From assembly GCF_006345805.1 (NCBI RefSeq), contig NC_043010.1, positions 34,596,001-34,660,000 on the forward strand: 64,000 nt of DNA, written 5' to 3'. Position 1 is the stretch's first letter. The number at the start of each line of letters is the position of its first letter. Source of the DNA: Octopus sinensis (taxonomy: Eukaryota). Below, piece after piece: positions 38,473 to 50,450 of the stretch. The translations under genes were made by a program, and so were the position numbers. The notes beneath the pieces were generated by a model. It had not been told where the DNA came from. It was given only the letters and a program-made list of their open reading frames with translations, and made no database searches.

Positions 38473-39229
38473 ATGTGTATATATATATATACTCACACAC
38501 ACATACATACATATGAGTGTGCATGTTTGCACATCATGGTATCAGTACTCAAAACTGGGTTCTACAGATACATATTTATTATTATTACTAATTGTGCTCA
38601 GGTGAACTTTGCCTTTCATCCTTTCGGGCTTGATGAATTAAGTACCAGCTGAGTACTGGGGTTGATGTAATCGACCAGCCCTATCCCACAAATTTTCAGG
38701 CCTTGTGCCTATAGTAGAAAGGATCATCATCATCATCACCACCACCACCGCCGCTGCCACCACCACCACCACCACCACCACCACCATCATTATTAACGAA
38801 AAGTCTAACAAAATTCATTTTGTAACTCCAGGTTTTTAATCTCTGTTTCTGTATATGTACATACATTATGTGCATATTTGTGTGTGTATGTATGTGTGTG
38901 TGTATATACACACACACACGTATGCATTCACAACACACACCACACACACACATATATATATGGGCTGGTTAAGGAGCTCATTAAAAGACCACTTGGGAGT
39001 GGTGGATCTCTAGTTTGTGTTAGAACATCTGACATCCATCTACATGAAAGACATTCTGATGTAAAAACTGAGGACCATTCAGCTTGTGGTCATTCTAGTC
39101 AATTCTAGGCCACCAAGAAGAAAGCTAGTCTAGCCTGAATAATGAGTACATTTCTGTGCATACCATAATTTATTTCATGAATAGAAACTTCTTGGAAAAC
39201 ACTGCAGTTCTCTCATAAAGCCCTGTATA

Positions 39230-39274
39230 CATAGGTGCATGTGTGTGTGTGTGTGTGTGTGCATATCCATATAT

Positions 39275-39336
<62 letters not shown>

Positions 39337-39379
39337 ATATATGGATATGCACACACACACACACACACATGCACCTATG
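39230..39379. repeat. 150-bp palindrome centred on a (TA)n tract
   Basis: CATAGGTGCAT(GT)nGCATATCCATATATCCAT...ATGGATATATGGATATGC(AC)nATGCACCTATG. Confidence 0.9.
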
Positions 39380-39380
39380 G

Positions 39381-39995
39381 CCTATTATGGCCGTTCCTTG
39401 ATTGTGATGTTGAACTTAAAATGTCTATGACTATTTAATTTTTTTCCCACTAGGCGCTGGTGGCAAAAAAATTCTACAAAATTTTTTGCCACCCTATATT
39501 GATTAATTATGAATTTTCTGGTTAATTCCGTAATGGTATCGGCGGCTTATATTTATTTGCTGCCGATAAATTTGGCGCGAGTGCGATGATTTGAAAATTT
39601 TAGGTCAGATATTGCCGAGGCAGGGACGGGAATGCCTCGTGAAAAATATCTGTTCCGACTTGGCTTTTCTTACTGATGAATCTAAGGCCTATGGTAGATT
39701 GGCTTGATTTAATTTAATCAGGTTAGTTTAACCATTAACAGTAGATGAAACGGTGCATCGTATAAGAAATTACAGGGTAAATGTTTTTTTTAATTTTCTC
39801 CTGGTTTACGGAATTGATGTTTATTTTGTGTTGAAGCTTTTGGCTGTTATTTCTAGTGGGTGAATGGCTATTATGGCCGTTCCTTGATTGTGATGTTGAA
39901 CTTAAAAATGGTCTATGACTATTTAATTTTTTTCCCACTAGGCCGCTGGTGGCAAAAAAATTCTACAAAATTTTTTGCCACCCTTATTGATTAAT

Positions 39996-39997
<2 letters not shown>
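39381..39997 (-). mobile_element. Possible L1/Tx1-like RT fragment with ~128-bp direct duplication (39381-39508 and 39866-39997)
   Basis: The duplication is seen directly; minus-strand frames give QG..IAIHPL, ISY-DD-like and KAKSEQ motifs only after assuming frameshifts. Confidence 0.45.
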
Positions 39998-40033
<36 letters not shown>

Positions 40034-41014
40034 TATATTATATTATATATTATATAATAATATATATACTATATATATATTACATATATATATATATATA
40101 CATATATGTATACATACATATATATATACATATATGTATACATACATACATATATATATTATATATATATATATATATAAGTACAACACACACACATGCA
40201 CACATGTAGTGTCATTTCAAAATGAATTCATAGCTTCAACTCATTTTTGCCAGTTTGCTGCAAACAGCAATGTTACAAGCACAATCGCAGTCAATAGAAA
40301 TTGGAATTCAGAAATTTGAATGGGTTGTAAATCCACTTTCTGGAGAACAATACAGCCAGTCCTGTAGGTCCAACAGTGAGAACTGGTTAATGCAAAAACA
40401 CTTCCATATACTCAAAAAATGTTCAGCATTATTTTTTTCCTTTTTAGTAAGGACAATGCCAATTACATTCCAAAATAGTTTCCAAACTTTTTATATAGTT
40501 TTGTAGGAAATGAACATATATTGAAATTCTCTGCTGTGTGAGGTTTATCCTATTGTTCTAAGATTATCAATTAATGTGTATGGGGAAAACATTTTTCTTC
40601 ACACTAAGAGTTGCTGAAGTATGGAACAAACTGCCGGCATCAGTTGTTAGTTGTAGAGTCAATATGAAACATGACTTATGTTAAAAGAGATGTTACATGT
40701 TTAGCCCTAGGTCAGCTGTGACTAATCTGACTTTTGATCAAATACTTTCAGTCACAAACATTTTGTCTTTCTTGAAAGTAGTTTATTAAATGTGTCTCTC
40801 TCTTTTTCAAGATCACAAAGTGTGATTTTAGAGAGATTTCTGGCAGATCAGGTGACCACACAGAGCAAATGTTGTGAAAATTATGCAGATATGACATAAC
40901 TTTAGAGGGAAGATGGAAAATTGTAGGATATCTAGAGAACTGTTTATAATACAATGAATTGCTGCATGTGTGTTCTTTTATGGAAAAGTGCAATTCATGC
41001 ACTACAATAACTCT

Positions 41015-41370
41015 GAGTACCTTTTCAAACTCCACATGTCTAATACCCGTGGTCATGTTTACAAAGTCAAAAAACAGCACAGCTCCCATGACTTTTGGAA
41101 ACATTTTTTCACACTAAGAGTTGCTGAAGTATGGAACAAACTGCCGGCATCAGTTGTTAGTTGTTGGAGCACTGCATCCTTCAAAACTTCCATGCTTCCT
41201 GAGATTCGCCAACACTACACCTGAATTTCTCATCTCCATACACACGCAAGCATGTATCTGACACATACACTGTTCATTTCCCAGACATTTGTATATTACT
41301 GCATATGCTTTATATACACTTTTGATAAGTTGTGGTGCACCTGAGCACTGTATACAATAATTTCATTATT
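41015..41370 (+). mobile_element. 3' end of the same CR1/L2-group LINE family as 1-391
   Basis: LFKLHMSNTRGHVYKVKKQHSSHDFWKHFFTLRVAEVWNKLPASVV..SFK; UTR GTGCACCTGAGCAC. Confidence 0.8.
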
Positions 41371-42054
41371 AGAATCCAGTTGGATAAATTGTCTTTGAGG
41401 TTTTCAGGTACATTTTCTTTATCATGCCTTTTAGTAATTCTTTCAGCTTCAAACTGAATACTCTGGAAATTAAGTCTGGCCACTCCTGTGATGCTTGATG
41501 AACCTCAACTTATGCAATTATTTTGGAGTAATTTGAATTGCATGTGAACATCTGGCTTTTCATAATGGTGAAAAATACTCACTGAGTTCAGAAAATGTTT
41601 TCTTCTTTTTTTTTTTTTTTTTGTAGGACTTAGCATGGAGGGTGACAGAAGACAATATAGCAAACAATATGGTTATTTGTGGTAAGCTGGCATGATTGTT
41701 ACTGTGCCAGGCAGAATGCTTAGTAGTATTTTGCCCATCCTCACGTTCTGAGTTCAATTTCCGCTGAGGTTGACTTTACCTTTCACCCTTTCCGGGTTAA
41801 TAAAATAAATACCAGTTGAACACAGGGGTTGATATAATCAACTGACCAACCCCCACTCCCGAAATTGTCGGCCTTGTGCCAAAATTTGAAACCAATATGG
41901 TTATTTGTGGCATCACTTTGCACTTAGTCCATCAAATCTTGATAAGATTGTGCTGTTAGCTCCAGTTGTTTCATATCAAACTCATTGGAGGAGCTATAAT
42001 TCAACTTTGTAATAGCTATCAACAATGTAGTCCTGTGATACAAAATCATCTATC

Positions 42055-42560
42055 ATCATCATTATCATCATCATAATCATCATCATTTAATGTCCATTTT
42101 CCATGCAGGCACTGGTTGGCACGTAAAATACACCAATCCGACCGTGGCTGTTGCCAGCCTCGCCTGGCACCTGTGCAGATGGCACGTAAAAAGCACCCAC
42201 TACACTCACGGAGTGGTTGGCGTTAGGAAGGGCATCCAGCTGTAGAAACATTGCCAGATAAGACTGGAGCCTGGTGCAGCCTTCTGGCTTCCCAGATCCC
42301 CGATTGAACCGTCCAACCCATGCTAGCATGGAGAACGGACGTTAAACAATGATGATGATGGTTGGATGGTTTGAAAGGAGCTGGCAAGCTAGAGGGCTGC
42401 ACAAGGCTCCAGTCGTTTGTTTTGGCATGGTTTCTACAGCTGGATGCCCATCCTAATGCCAACCACTTTACTGAGTGTACTGGATGTGAAGCTAGCATGT
42501 GTTTCATTTTTATGTGGCACCAACATGCATGCTTTTTACATGGCACCAGTATTCATGGAG
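42055..42560. mobile_element. Family C (+, 42110-42360) nested in family C (-)
   Basis: The outer copy is interrupted after TTTTCCATGC and resumes at GTTGGATGG. Confidence 0.7.
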
Positions 42561-43448
42561 TTACCAGGTAGCTTGCAAGACAAGGACCTCTTAGCTGAGA
42601 GGAGGATATTTCAAAGTCATTGATTTCATGTATCATTCTATATCATAACAACATTTTAGTAATTGTTTTGTTAATATTCATCTCCAACTGTCATATCCTA
42701 ACTTTTCCCATAAGAAGAAGAGAAATAGTGCAATGGATTCTGATCTTGATTCATTTGGTTTGATTCATTTACAGATGTTAACATTAAACAATGACATGAT
42801 GTCCCCTAATTATTTTCTCCTGCCCCAAGTAGAATGGCTGCTACTTCAGAAGCATTGTAATTTCTCATAGAATTAGGATGGCGAGCTGGCAGAATCATTA
42901 GCATGCCGGGCAAAATGCATTTCGTCTGTCTTTACATTCCAAGTTCAAATTCAGATGAGGTTGACTTTGTCTTTCATCCTTTCAATAAAATAAGCAATGG
43001 TTGAGCACTGGGGTTAATGTAACTGACTTATCCCTACTCCTGAAATTACTGACCTAGTGCCAAAATTTGAAACCAATTTTTCATAGAATATGAAACAATG
43101 GCCAAATTGAAATATTGTATATCACAGTAATTATGTGAGATTATATATGGTATGTATATTACCAAGTAGTCACAGTGCTCATACAACAAGTCCTGCAGAT
43201 GTTTTAGGATTGTACATTCAAATGTAGCATAATGAACATTCAATGAATAGTTTTCCTATTTGTATCATAGATGCTGTTCGATCAGAGGTAGGCAATAAAG
43301 CATTTGAGAGGAGATAGAACAGCTGCACATTAAATTATCTATCTGTACAAATAGATTCACCTGACATTAAACTTTCATTATCAGAGATATTCTTTACTCG
43401 GTGATCAGTTCTATTAGGTGTGTATGCTTGCATATATGTATTACATAC

Positions 43449-43480
<32 letters not shown>

Positions 43481-43522
43481 GACCATATATATATTATATA
43501 TATATATTTAAAATAATATATT

Positions 43523-43757
43523 ATATTAATAGTTATCGCCAAACTAATATGGCAGTCCATAAATATAAGACTAAAGCTGTCGCTGATTAGCTCCAAGAGG
43601 CCATCGCCTCTAGCTAGCTATATGACACGAACCTGCGTCCATTACAACCTTCGAACATATAGCTAGCTAGAGGCGATGGCCTCTTGGAGCTAATCAGTGA
43701 CAGCTTTAGTCTTATATTTATGGACTGCCATATTAGTTTGGCGATAACTATTAATAT
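43523..43757. mobile_element. Fold-back MITE, 102-bp arms with 31-bp spacer
   Basis: 43523-43624 versus 43656-43757 reverse complement, one mismatch. Confidence 0.85.
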
Positions 43758-43838
43758 CCAGTAACGCTGCCGTAATCTCCTTTGGAGAGACTTAGTAATT
43801 TTAATATTTCATATATATATATATATGTATGTGTAGAT

Positions 43839-43881
<43 letters not shown>

Positions 43882-43966
43882 ATATATATATATATATATA
43901 TTGTATGAATATGTATATATATATATATATGTATATGTATATATTGTATGTATATGTATACTATAT

Positions 43967-43999
<33 letters not shown>

Positions 44000-44059
44000 T
44001 ATATATATATATATATATATAAATGAAAGAATGGAGTCGAACGAAGATGTTAACAAAAT

Positions 44060-44155
44060 CCTTTACTCTCGACATATGTTTCGAAGACAACATGTTTTCA
44101 TTCCAAAGGAATAAAGGGTGTGCATTATGCAATCTTCTCATCAGGAAAGAAAGGG
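44060..44155 (-). ncRNA. Minimal type I hammerhead ribozyme in the 3' pLTR
   Basis: CCCTTTCTTTC-CTGATGA-GAAGATTGCAT..ATGTTGTCTTC-GAAA-C(ATAT)G-TC-GAGAGTAAAGG; 11-position stem II with one mismatch, ~10-bp stem I, palindromic ACATATGT helix III. Confidence 0.85.
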
Positions 44156-44416
44156 AGCTCTCTCGACAACAAGACAACAAAAATTTCGATGACTGCCTAC
44201 ATGGTAAACAAAACGATAATGAGTGTTTTTTAAAAAAACCGTTAGAAGAATTGACGTCAAAGATAGATAGTAGGAAGAGAATGGTTAAAGGAATAATAGG
44301 TAGGGAACAAGTGGAGAGGGAAGGGTACGTTGATTGAAAGAACGTTCGAAGGCTTAGGAAGGAATTTCGCTATAGAAGTGGGGTGGACGTAAAGCTAATT
44401 GTTCAAACTATCGTTA

Positions 44417-46998
44417 TCATTTATATGAGTAGAAAGTATGTTTCTGCCAGTGTTTACATTTGTATGATTTTTCTATGAGTGTGTTTACTAGGGGAACTTT
44501 AGAGAAGAGAATATGGAAGAGTTCAGAGTTGCAAATGTTACAAACTCCTGCCCTTATCAAAAGGAAAGGATACAGACAGTATGAACCAATCTAACTTGAA
44601 ATTTATATTGTGTCTTTAAGACGCCAAACTAATTACTTAGCCCTGTAGTATGTCGTTTTTTACTACCTGAATGTTGAATAATGGTTTGAAATTCTCTTGG
44701 ATAACTGGGAAGTGGATGCTCTATATAGAAGAAGACATCGGTACCGAAAGAAATTTCTTGGTAAATAGAATTCTTAATCTTAGAATTACTAGACAAAAAT
44801 TTAATTCTGTTGGGGTTGTCCTCCGAGATCAAAACGAAGTTTTTATTGTTATGATTGTTGTTACTATTATTATTAGCACCAACAACTACACTATTTCTAT
44901 TATTATTAGTATTATTAATGGTAATACAACCAGTAATACCACCGACAATAATACCGTTATTGTTGTTACCAAACAACACTACCATTGTTATTAACACGAC
45001 TAATACTATTATTAATATTATCATTGTTAACACTTTCGCTGCTACCAATGCTGTTACTACTAATACTATTCCTATTATTATGATTGTATGATGGGTTGGA
45101 ATTAGCAAGATTAGTGTTGGAACTCCCAGGTGAAGAATCTTTGTTTAGCAGCTTGGTATTGTGGGAAGATATAATTTGTGAAAGATTCCTAGTGTTAGAG
45201 AAAGCGATTCTGACTATGTGGGAATTGATAATAGAATGATATCTAGAATTTCTGGGAAAGTTCCTAGCAACGGCTTCACGGAACTGTAAGGGAAGGTTCG
45301 ATTTAATTTGTTTTCCGAAAGGTATTACGAACCAGATACAGTTTTTTGTGGCCTTTGAATTGTTCTTAGTGCTATTTGTGATAATAAGGGGAAAATTTCT
45401 GGGTTGGAAATTTGGGGTTGAATGGCGCTTACCTCCCCTAGTCCGTAAAGAATTTATTTTATGTACAGGGTTGCTGGCACTATTAGAATTGAAATCATTA
45501 TTCCTATTACGAGTAACTTTTCTATCTGGAGAAGCAGATCTTGGTTTAGAATGAGCTGAATTGATGTATGACACTTTCTCCTTATAACCGGCTCTTAACA
45601 AGGCGGTGTTATAGAAGTCTGCCTTTTGGTTAAAGATGTTAACATTAGCAGATAATTTAGACAGTCTCAGAGATATGTTTTTGACTAAATTATCGGTAAT
45701 TGGCCTGGCATGATTACTGAAAATGCTAATATACTTAAGATTTGTGGAAGGTTTATGATAAGGGAAGTATGAGTTATTCTGCAAATTGAGGGTAATGTCT
45801 AAGAAGTTGACTTTAGTTAATTCATCGTCAAAAACGATGCGCAAGCCCATTCTACTAAAAAACCTAACTAATCTGTTTTTAACCTTCTGTGTTTTTTTTG
45901 GTTCGAAACGTTTTGGAGGTAAAGCAGACAATCGTCGCGATAAAGACCTCCACAGATGTCCGGGAATTGGTCGGCCATTTCATAAAGAATATAAATTCCG
46001 ACCAAATCGGCTATCTGGGTGCTGTCTGTACTTCCCATTAGTACATCAAACGCATTAGGGGTATCTCTATGGACCCACAACTTGCTATCGAACTGGATGA
46101 AAGATTTCCTAGCAGTCAATATCACACTAATTTCCTCCCTGGAGAGGCCTGCCTTATTGTGTGTGTGCCATAGGGCCTTATTAAGTATAATAGGGTTGAT
46201 TGAAGAATAGAAACTAGATATATAGAATTGGATAAATTTAGTGTTGGCCTTATCAGTAATAGAAGTAAACCAATCTACGACTTGAACAGAATTGGACCAT
46301 AAGCTAAGTTTTAATTTATTAATTAATATAGGGATATACTTATCTAATATGTATTTACTAAGGGTACCGATGTCTGAACTGGAAGGGCATATGAGCCGCA
46401 ATGCTGGGTTAGTATGAAAGTTCTGCTTGTGGTCCTTTAAGACGAATCTGGATTGCCTAGGGTTCAATGGTTCCGTCTTCATCTGTAATCCGTAAGTTTC
46501 CATAATCTGTTTAGTTTCTAAGTTGGCCTACCTGAGAGTATTCCTACTGATGGTCCTGTAATTCTTATGTATCTCCTTTTCGAGCAGTTCCTAATAATGG
46601 CTCTTGGTAAGCTTATAGATGTTGCCGGTTTTATCCGATTGGACCAGGATAGAATCCAAGTTGTTTATATCTCTAGAGACGTTATCGAGGTATCTGAGGT
46701 GCTTATTCCTGAGGGGTGATTTATGAAATTTAATATTCTTTACGATGTCCCAAAGATCATCTTCGAATTTCTTCAATCTAGGATTAGGTGGAGGAGTGCC
46801 CCTCGATTTAAATAGTTTTTTATATTCAAGGAAGACGTCGTTACTGGTCCGTTTTAGGTCCTCATTGTCGTGGAATAAGGCGAGCCATCTGATGCGGATG
46901 ATAGATGCATTGGTCTTGTTAATAATTTCCTTAAGGAAGGCTTTTTTTGGTGGTATAGGGATATCCTTAAGGGAGGCGTTAATATTGAACAACTCCAT
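44417..46998 (-). pseudogene. PLE RT and GIY-YIG endonuclease ORF (two in-frame TAG stops, several frameshifts); motifs most like the Naiad/Chlamys type (inference)
   Basis: LKDIPIP..RWLA..FEDDL..DKTGN; KDHK..RLICP; FYISSFYSSI (FD to FY); FDVLMGSTD..LVG; GLYRDD; VNFLDITLNL; NSIYQ..YI(G)ASTSQLSKRISNH; VWRLKD..CNIC..CKH. Confidence 0.9.
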
Positions 46999-47250
46999 TT
47001 GCGGTATCGGTTATGTTAGCAGGTTCTCAGGGAAACTGTATAAGAATATTTAAATAGGTGAATGAATTATCCTATGTTTATCGTCAGCATGGAAAATTCG
47101 TTTAACCGAAACCTGGGTAGCAAATTCACATCAGAAACACGGTTGAAGCGACCTGTCCAAGGGTAGAAACTCCGGGTTCATGTGCAGAAATTTGTGTGTT
47201 GTATATGAATAAATGAAAGAATGGAGTCGAACGAAGATGTTAACAAAATT

Positions 47251-47344
47251 CCTTTACTCTCGACATATGTTTCGAAGACAACATGTTTTCATTCCAAAGG
47301 AATAAAGGGTGCATTATGCAATCTTCTCATCAGGAAAGAAAGGG
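47251..47344 (-). ncRNA. Minimal type I hammerhead ribozyme in the 5' pLTR
   Basis: Same core and stems as 44060-44155. Confidence 0.85.
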
Positions 47345-47914
47345 AGCCTCTCTCGACAACAAGACAAACAAAAATTTCGATGACTGCCTACATGGTAAAC
47401 AAAACGATAATGAGTGTTTTTTAAAAAACCGTTAGAAGAATTGACGTCAAAGATAGATAGTAGGAAGAGAATGGTTAAAGGAATAATAGGTAGGGAACAA
47501 GTGGAGAGAGAAGGGTAGAGCGTCCACTTCCCAGTTATCCAAGAGAATTTCAAACCATTATTATCCTCCTCCTCCTCCTTCTTCTTCTTCTTCCCTATCA
47601 AGAATTCACAACGACTTCAAACCCACAAGAGTAAACAAGAGAGACAGAGACAAGCAGAAACAAGGAAAATGCTCCTTGTATTTGAATACTATACAAATAT
47701 TCTTATAAAAAAACTTTTCTTTCAATTTTTCCAAAACTTAATTGTTTTCCATATTTACAGTTGAAAAAGTCTCAATGACTGAAACCAGTACTGAAATGTT
47801 TTTTTATAAAATTATTTAAGCATTTTTTGCCTTGATTTTTTTTCCATATATATCAACTTGTGTGTTCTTTTTCCACCTTCTACACCTTCTACACACACAC
47901 ACACATATATATAG

Positions 47915-48108
47915 TTAATCCAAACATGAACAAAGAGAAAACACAACAACGCGAGGACGTGGAACAAGTATAGTGTTATTGGATGCTCAGGAAAGGAAAG
48001 AAAGGAGGAGGATTTAACGTTTCGAGTGGAGCTCTTTGTCAGAAACATAGAAAAAGGAAGGGAAGACGGAGAAAGAAAATCGCCAACGATACACACGCAG
48101 TCACATAT
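47915..48108 (-). mobile_element. Short non-coding repeat with degenerate hammerhead motif (48012-48046)
   Basis: Minus strand GTTT-CTGACAA-A-GAGC(tcc)ACTC-GAAAC-GTT-AAAT; the deviations are consistent with CpG decay of CTGACGA and GCTC. Confidence 0.55.
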
Positions 48109-48244
48109 TGAAATATATATATATATACATATATATACGCGGTCATATATATATATATATTATATATAATATATATATATATAATATATATACATACATA
48201 CGTATGTGGCACATAAAGAAAAAATTAACCGTTGAACATCGTGC

Positions 48245-48785
48245 CTCTTGGAGGCAAAGTAGCTGGGTACCTTTTGAGCACTGAGCCTGACAGAGGCAAA
48301 GTGACTGAGTTCCTTTTGATCATTGGGCCTCATGGAGGCAAAGTGGCTGAGTTACTTTCGAGCGTTGAGCCTCAAGGTAGCAAATCGACAAGCTCCTGGG
48401 CCGCAGGGAGGCAAAGTGGTTGAGTTCCTTTTGAGTGTTGGGCCTCATGGAGGCATGAGGCTGACTTCCTTTTGAGTGTTGGGCCTCACGGAGACAATGG
48501 TTAAGACCTTTGGCATTATGTTGTACTTGAGAAGAAGACCCATCAAGCTGAGCAAAATCGTAGTCGTGGTAGATACTGGGATCACGCAAATGGCACCCAT
48601 GCCAGTGGCATGTAAAAGCACCCATTACACTCTCGGAGTGGTTGGCATTAGGGAGGGTATCCAGCTGTAGAAAACCATGCCAAATCAGACTGGATCCTTG
48701 CACAGCCTGCCAGTGTGCCAGCCCAGTCAAATCGTCCAACCCATGCCAGCATGGACAACAGACGTTAAAGGATGATGATGATGAT
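48245..48785 (+). mobile_element. Long family C copy preceded by about six units of a ~42-bp minisatellite
   Basis: GAGGCAAAGTGGCTGAGTTCCTTTTGAG..GGGCCTCATG repeated at 48245-48495, then family C body and (ATG)n. Confidence 0.7.
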
Positions 48786-48867
48786 GTGCATATAGATAAA
48801 CATACACACATATATACGCATGCATATGTATGTGTGTGTGAGTGCGTGATGCTAGTTCTTTTGTATA

Positions 48868-49243
48868 CTCTCTTTACTTGTTTCAGTCATTTGACTGCGG
48901 CCATGCTGGAGCAGCGCCTTTAGTCGAGCAACTCGACCCCGGGACTTATTCTTTGTAAGCCCAGTACTTATTCTATCGGTCTCTTTTGCCGAACCGCTAA
49001 GTTACAGGGACGTAAGCACACCAGCATCGGTTGTCAAGCAATGCTAGGGGGACAAACACAGACACACACATACATATATACGACAGGCTTCTTTCAGTTT
49101 CCGTCTACCAAATCCACTCACAAGGCATTGGTCGGCCCAGGGCTATAGCAGAAGACACTTGCCCAAGGTGCCACACAGTGGGACTGAACCCGGAACCATG
49201 TGGTTGGTTAGCAAGCTACTTACCACACAGCCACTCCTGCGCC
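48868..49243 (-). mobile_element. SINE A, full length
   Basis: Reverse complement of the 25078 and 27516 copies. Confidence 0.85.
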
Positions 49244-49849
49244 TATAGATATTATATTAGTTTATTTTTGCTAGTTTGTTGTGGTGAATATTCTCACTAC
49301 AGTTCTGTCTCTCTCCCTTTACACACACACACACACACGGAATAAAAGCTATACGCGCGTGTGGTGTTTTATAACGTACATTGTTCACAACTCACATGTT
49401 AATACGTGTGTATATATATCTTACGTACGCATAAACGTATTTTCTTATATTTTTGCTCTCTCCTATTTCTTTTTCTCGTACGTGTAGGTTTTATCTTAAA
49501 TATACAATTCTCCCACACTCGCCCTTCATACTTTCGGTTGCTTTAAAATGTAAGCAACAGAGGTTGGAAAAATAAAGACCTGAAAAAATACCAAGAAACG
49601 AATAAACAAGTAAAAGTTAAAAACTACACATGTAAAAAATATATAATCCGTAACCACCCAATAGCACCAACAACCCGTATCTTAAAACCAACGCCCTTTT
49701 TGGCCGGGAACCACGTTGTTAGAATAAACAAAGCAAATAAAGGGAGGTAACTCAACCTACCAAATCTACATGTCTATCTGTCTGTCTATACAACCATGCA
49801 GTTCACACACGCACTCTCTCTCTCTCTCTCTCTTGTCTGCCTGACTGTC

Positions 49850-49876
49850 TGTTTATCTGTCTGTCTGCCTGCCTGC

Positions 49877-49928
<52 letters not shown>

Positions 49929-50187
49929 ACAACTATCAAGCTAACACACACGTGCACTCTCTCTTTCTCTCTCACTCATTTTCTCTTTCTTTCTTTATCT
50001 ATCTATCTTTCTGTCTGCCTGTCTGTCTGTCTATACAACCATCAAGCTCACGTACACATGTACACACACACACACACACACACTCTCTCTCTCTCTCTCT
50101 CTCTATAATATATATATATATGTATGTATGTATACCTTATTTGTCTACCTACCTACCTACCTATCTATCTGTCTGTCTGTCAATCTG

Positions 50188-50256
<69 letters not shown>

Positions 50257-50387
50257 ACAACCATCAAGCTAACACACGTGCACTCTCTCTCTCTCACTCA
50301 CTCTATCTTTCTTTAACTATCTATCTATCTGTCTGTCTATACAACCATCAAGCTCACGTACACATGCACACTCCCTTTCTCTCTTTG

Positions 50388-50437
<50 letters not shown>

Positions 50438-50450
50438 CATTCAACCATAA
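49850..50450. repeat. Compound (CTAT)n/(CTGT)n/(CT)n array with a recurring ACAACCATCAAGCT motif
   Basis: Direct reading. Confidence 0.85.

Larger units (their letters stand above)
44019..47562 (-). mobile_element. Penelope-like retroelement, near full length, with two pseudo-LTRs (44019-44327 and 47209-47517)
   Basis: RT plus GIY-YIG ORF remnants, ~309-bp direct repeats, inverted 47-bp internal piece at the 5' junction, 3' end in (TA)n. Confidence 0.9.

Noticed and set aside
40255-40506. ORF with FEWVVNP (hAT-like) and minus-strand PVLTVGPTG (P-loop-like)
   Set aside because: Isolated short motifs without the rest of either domain
46500-46600. In-frame stops in the PLE ORF as possible selenocysteine recoding
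   Set aside because: Both stops are TAG rather than TGA and are not at cysteine positions
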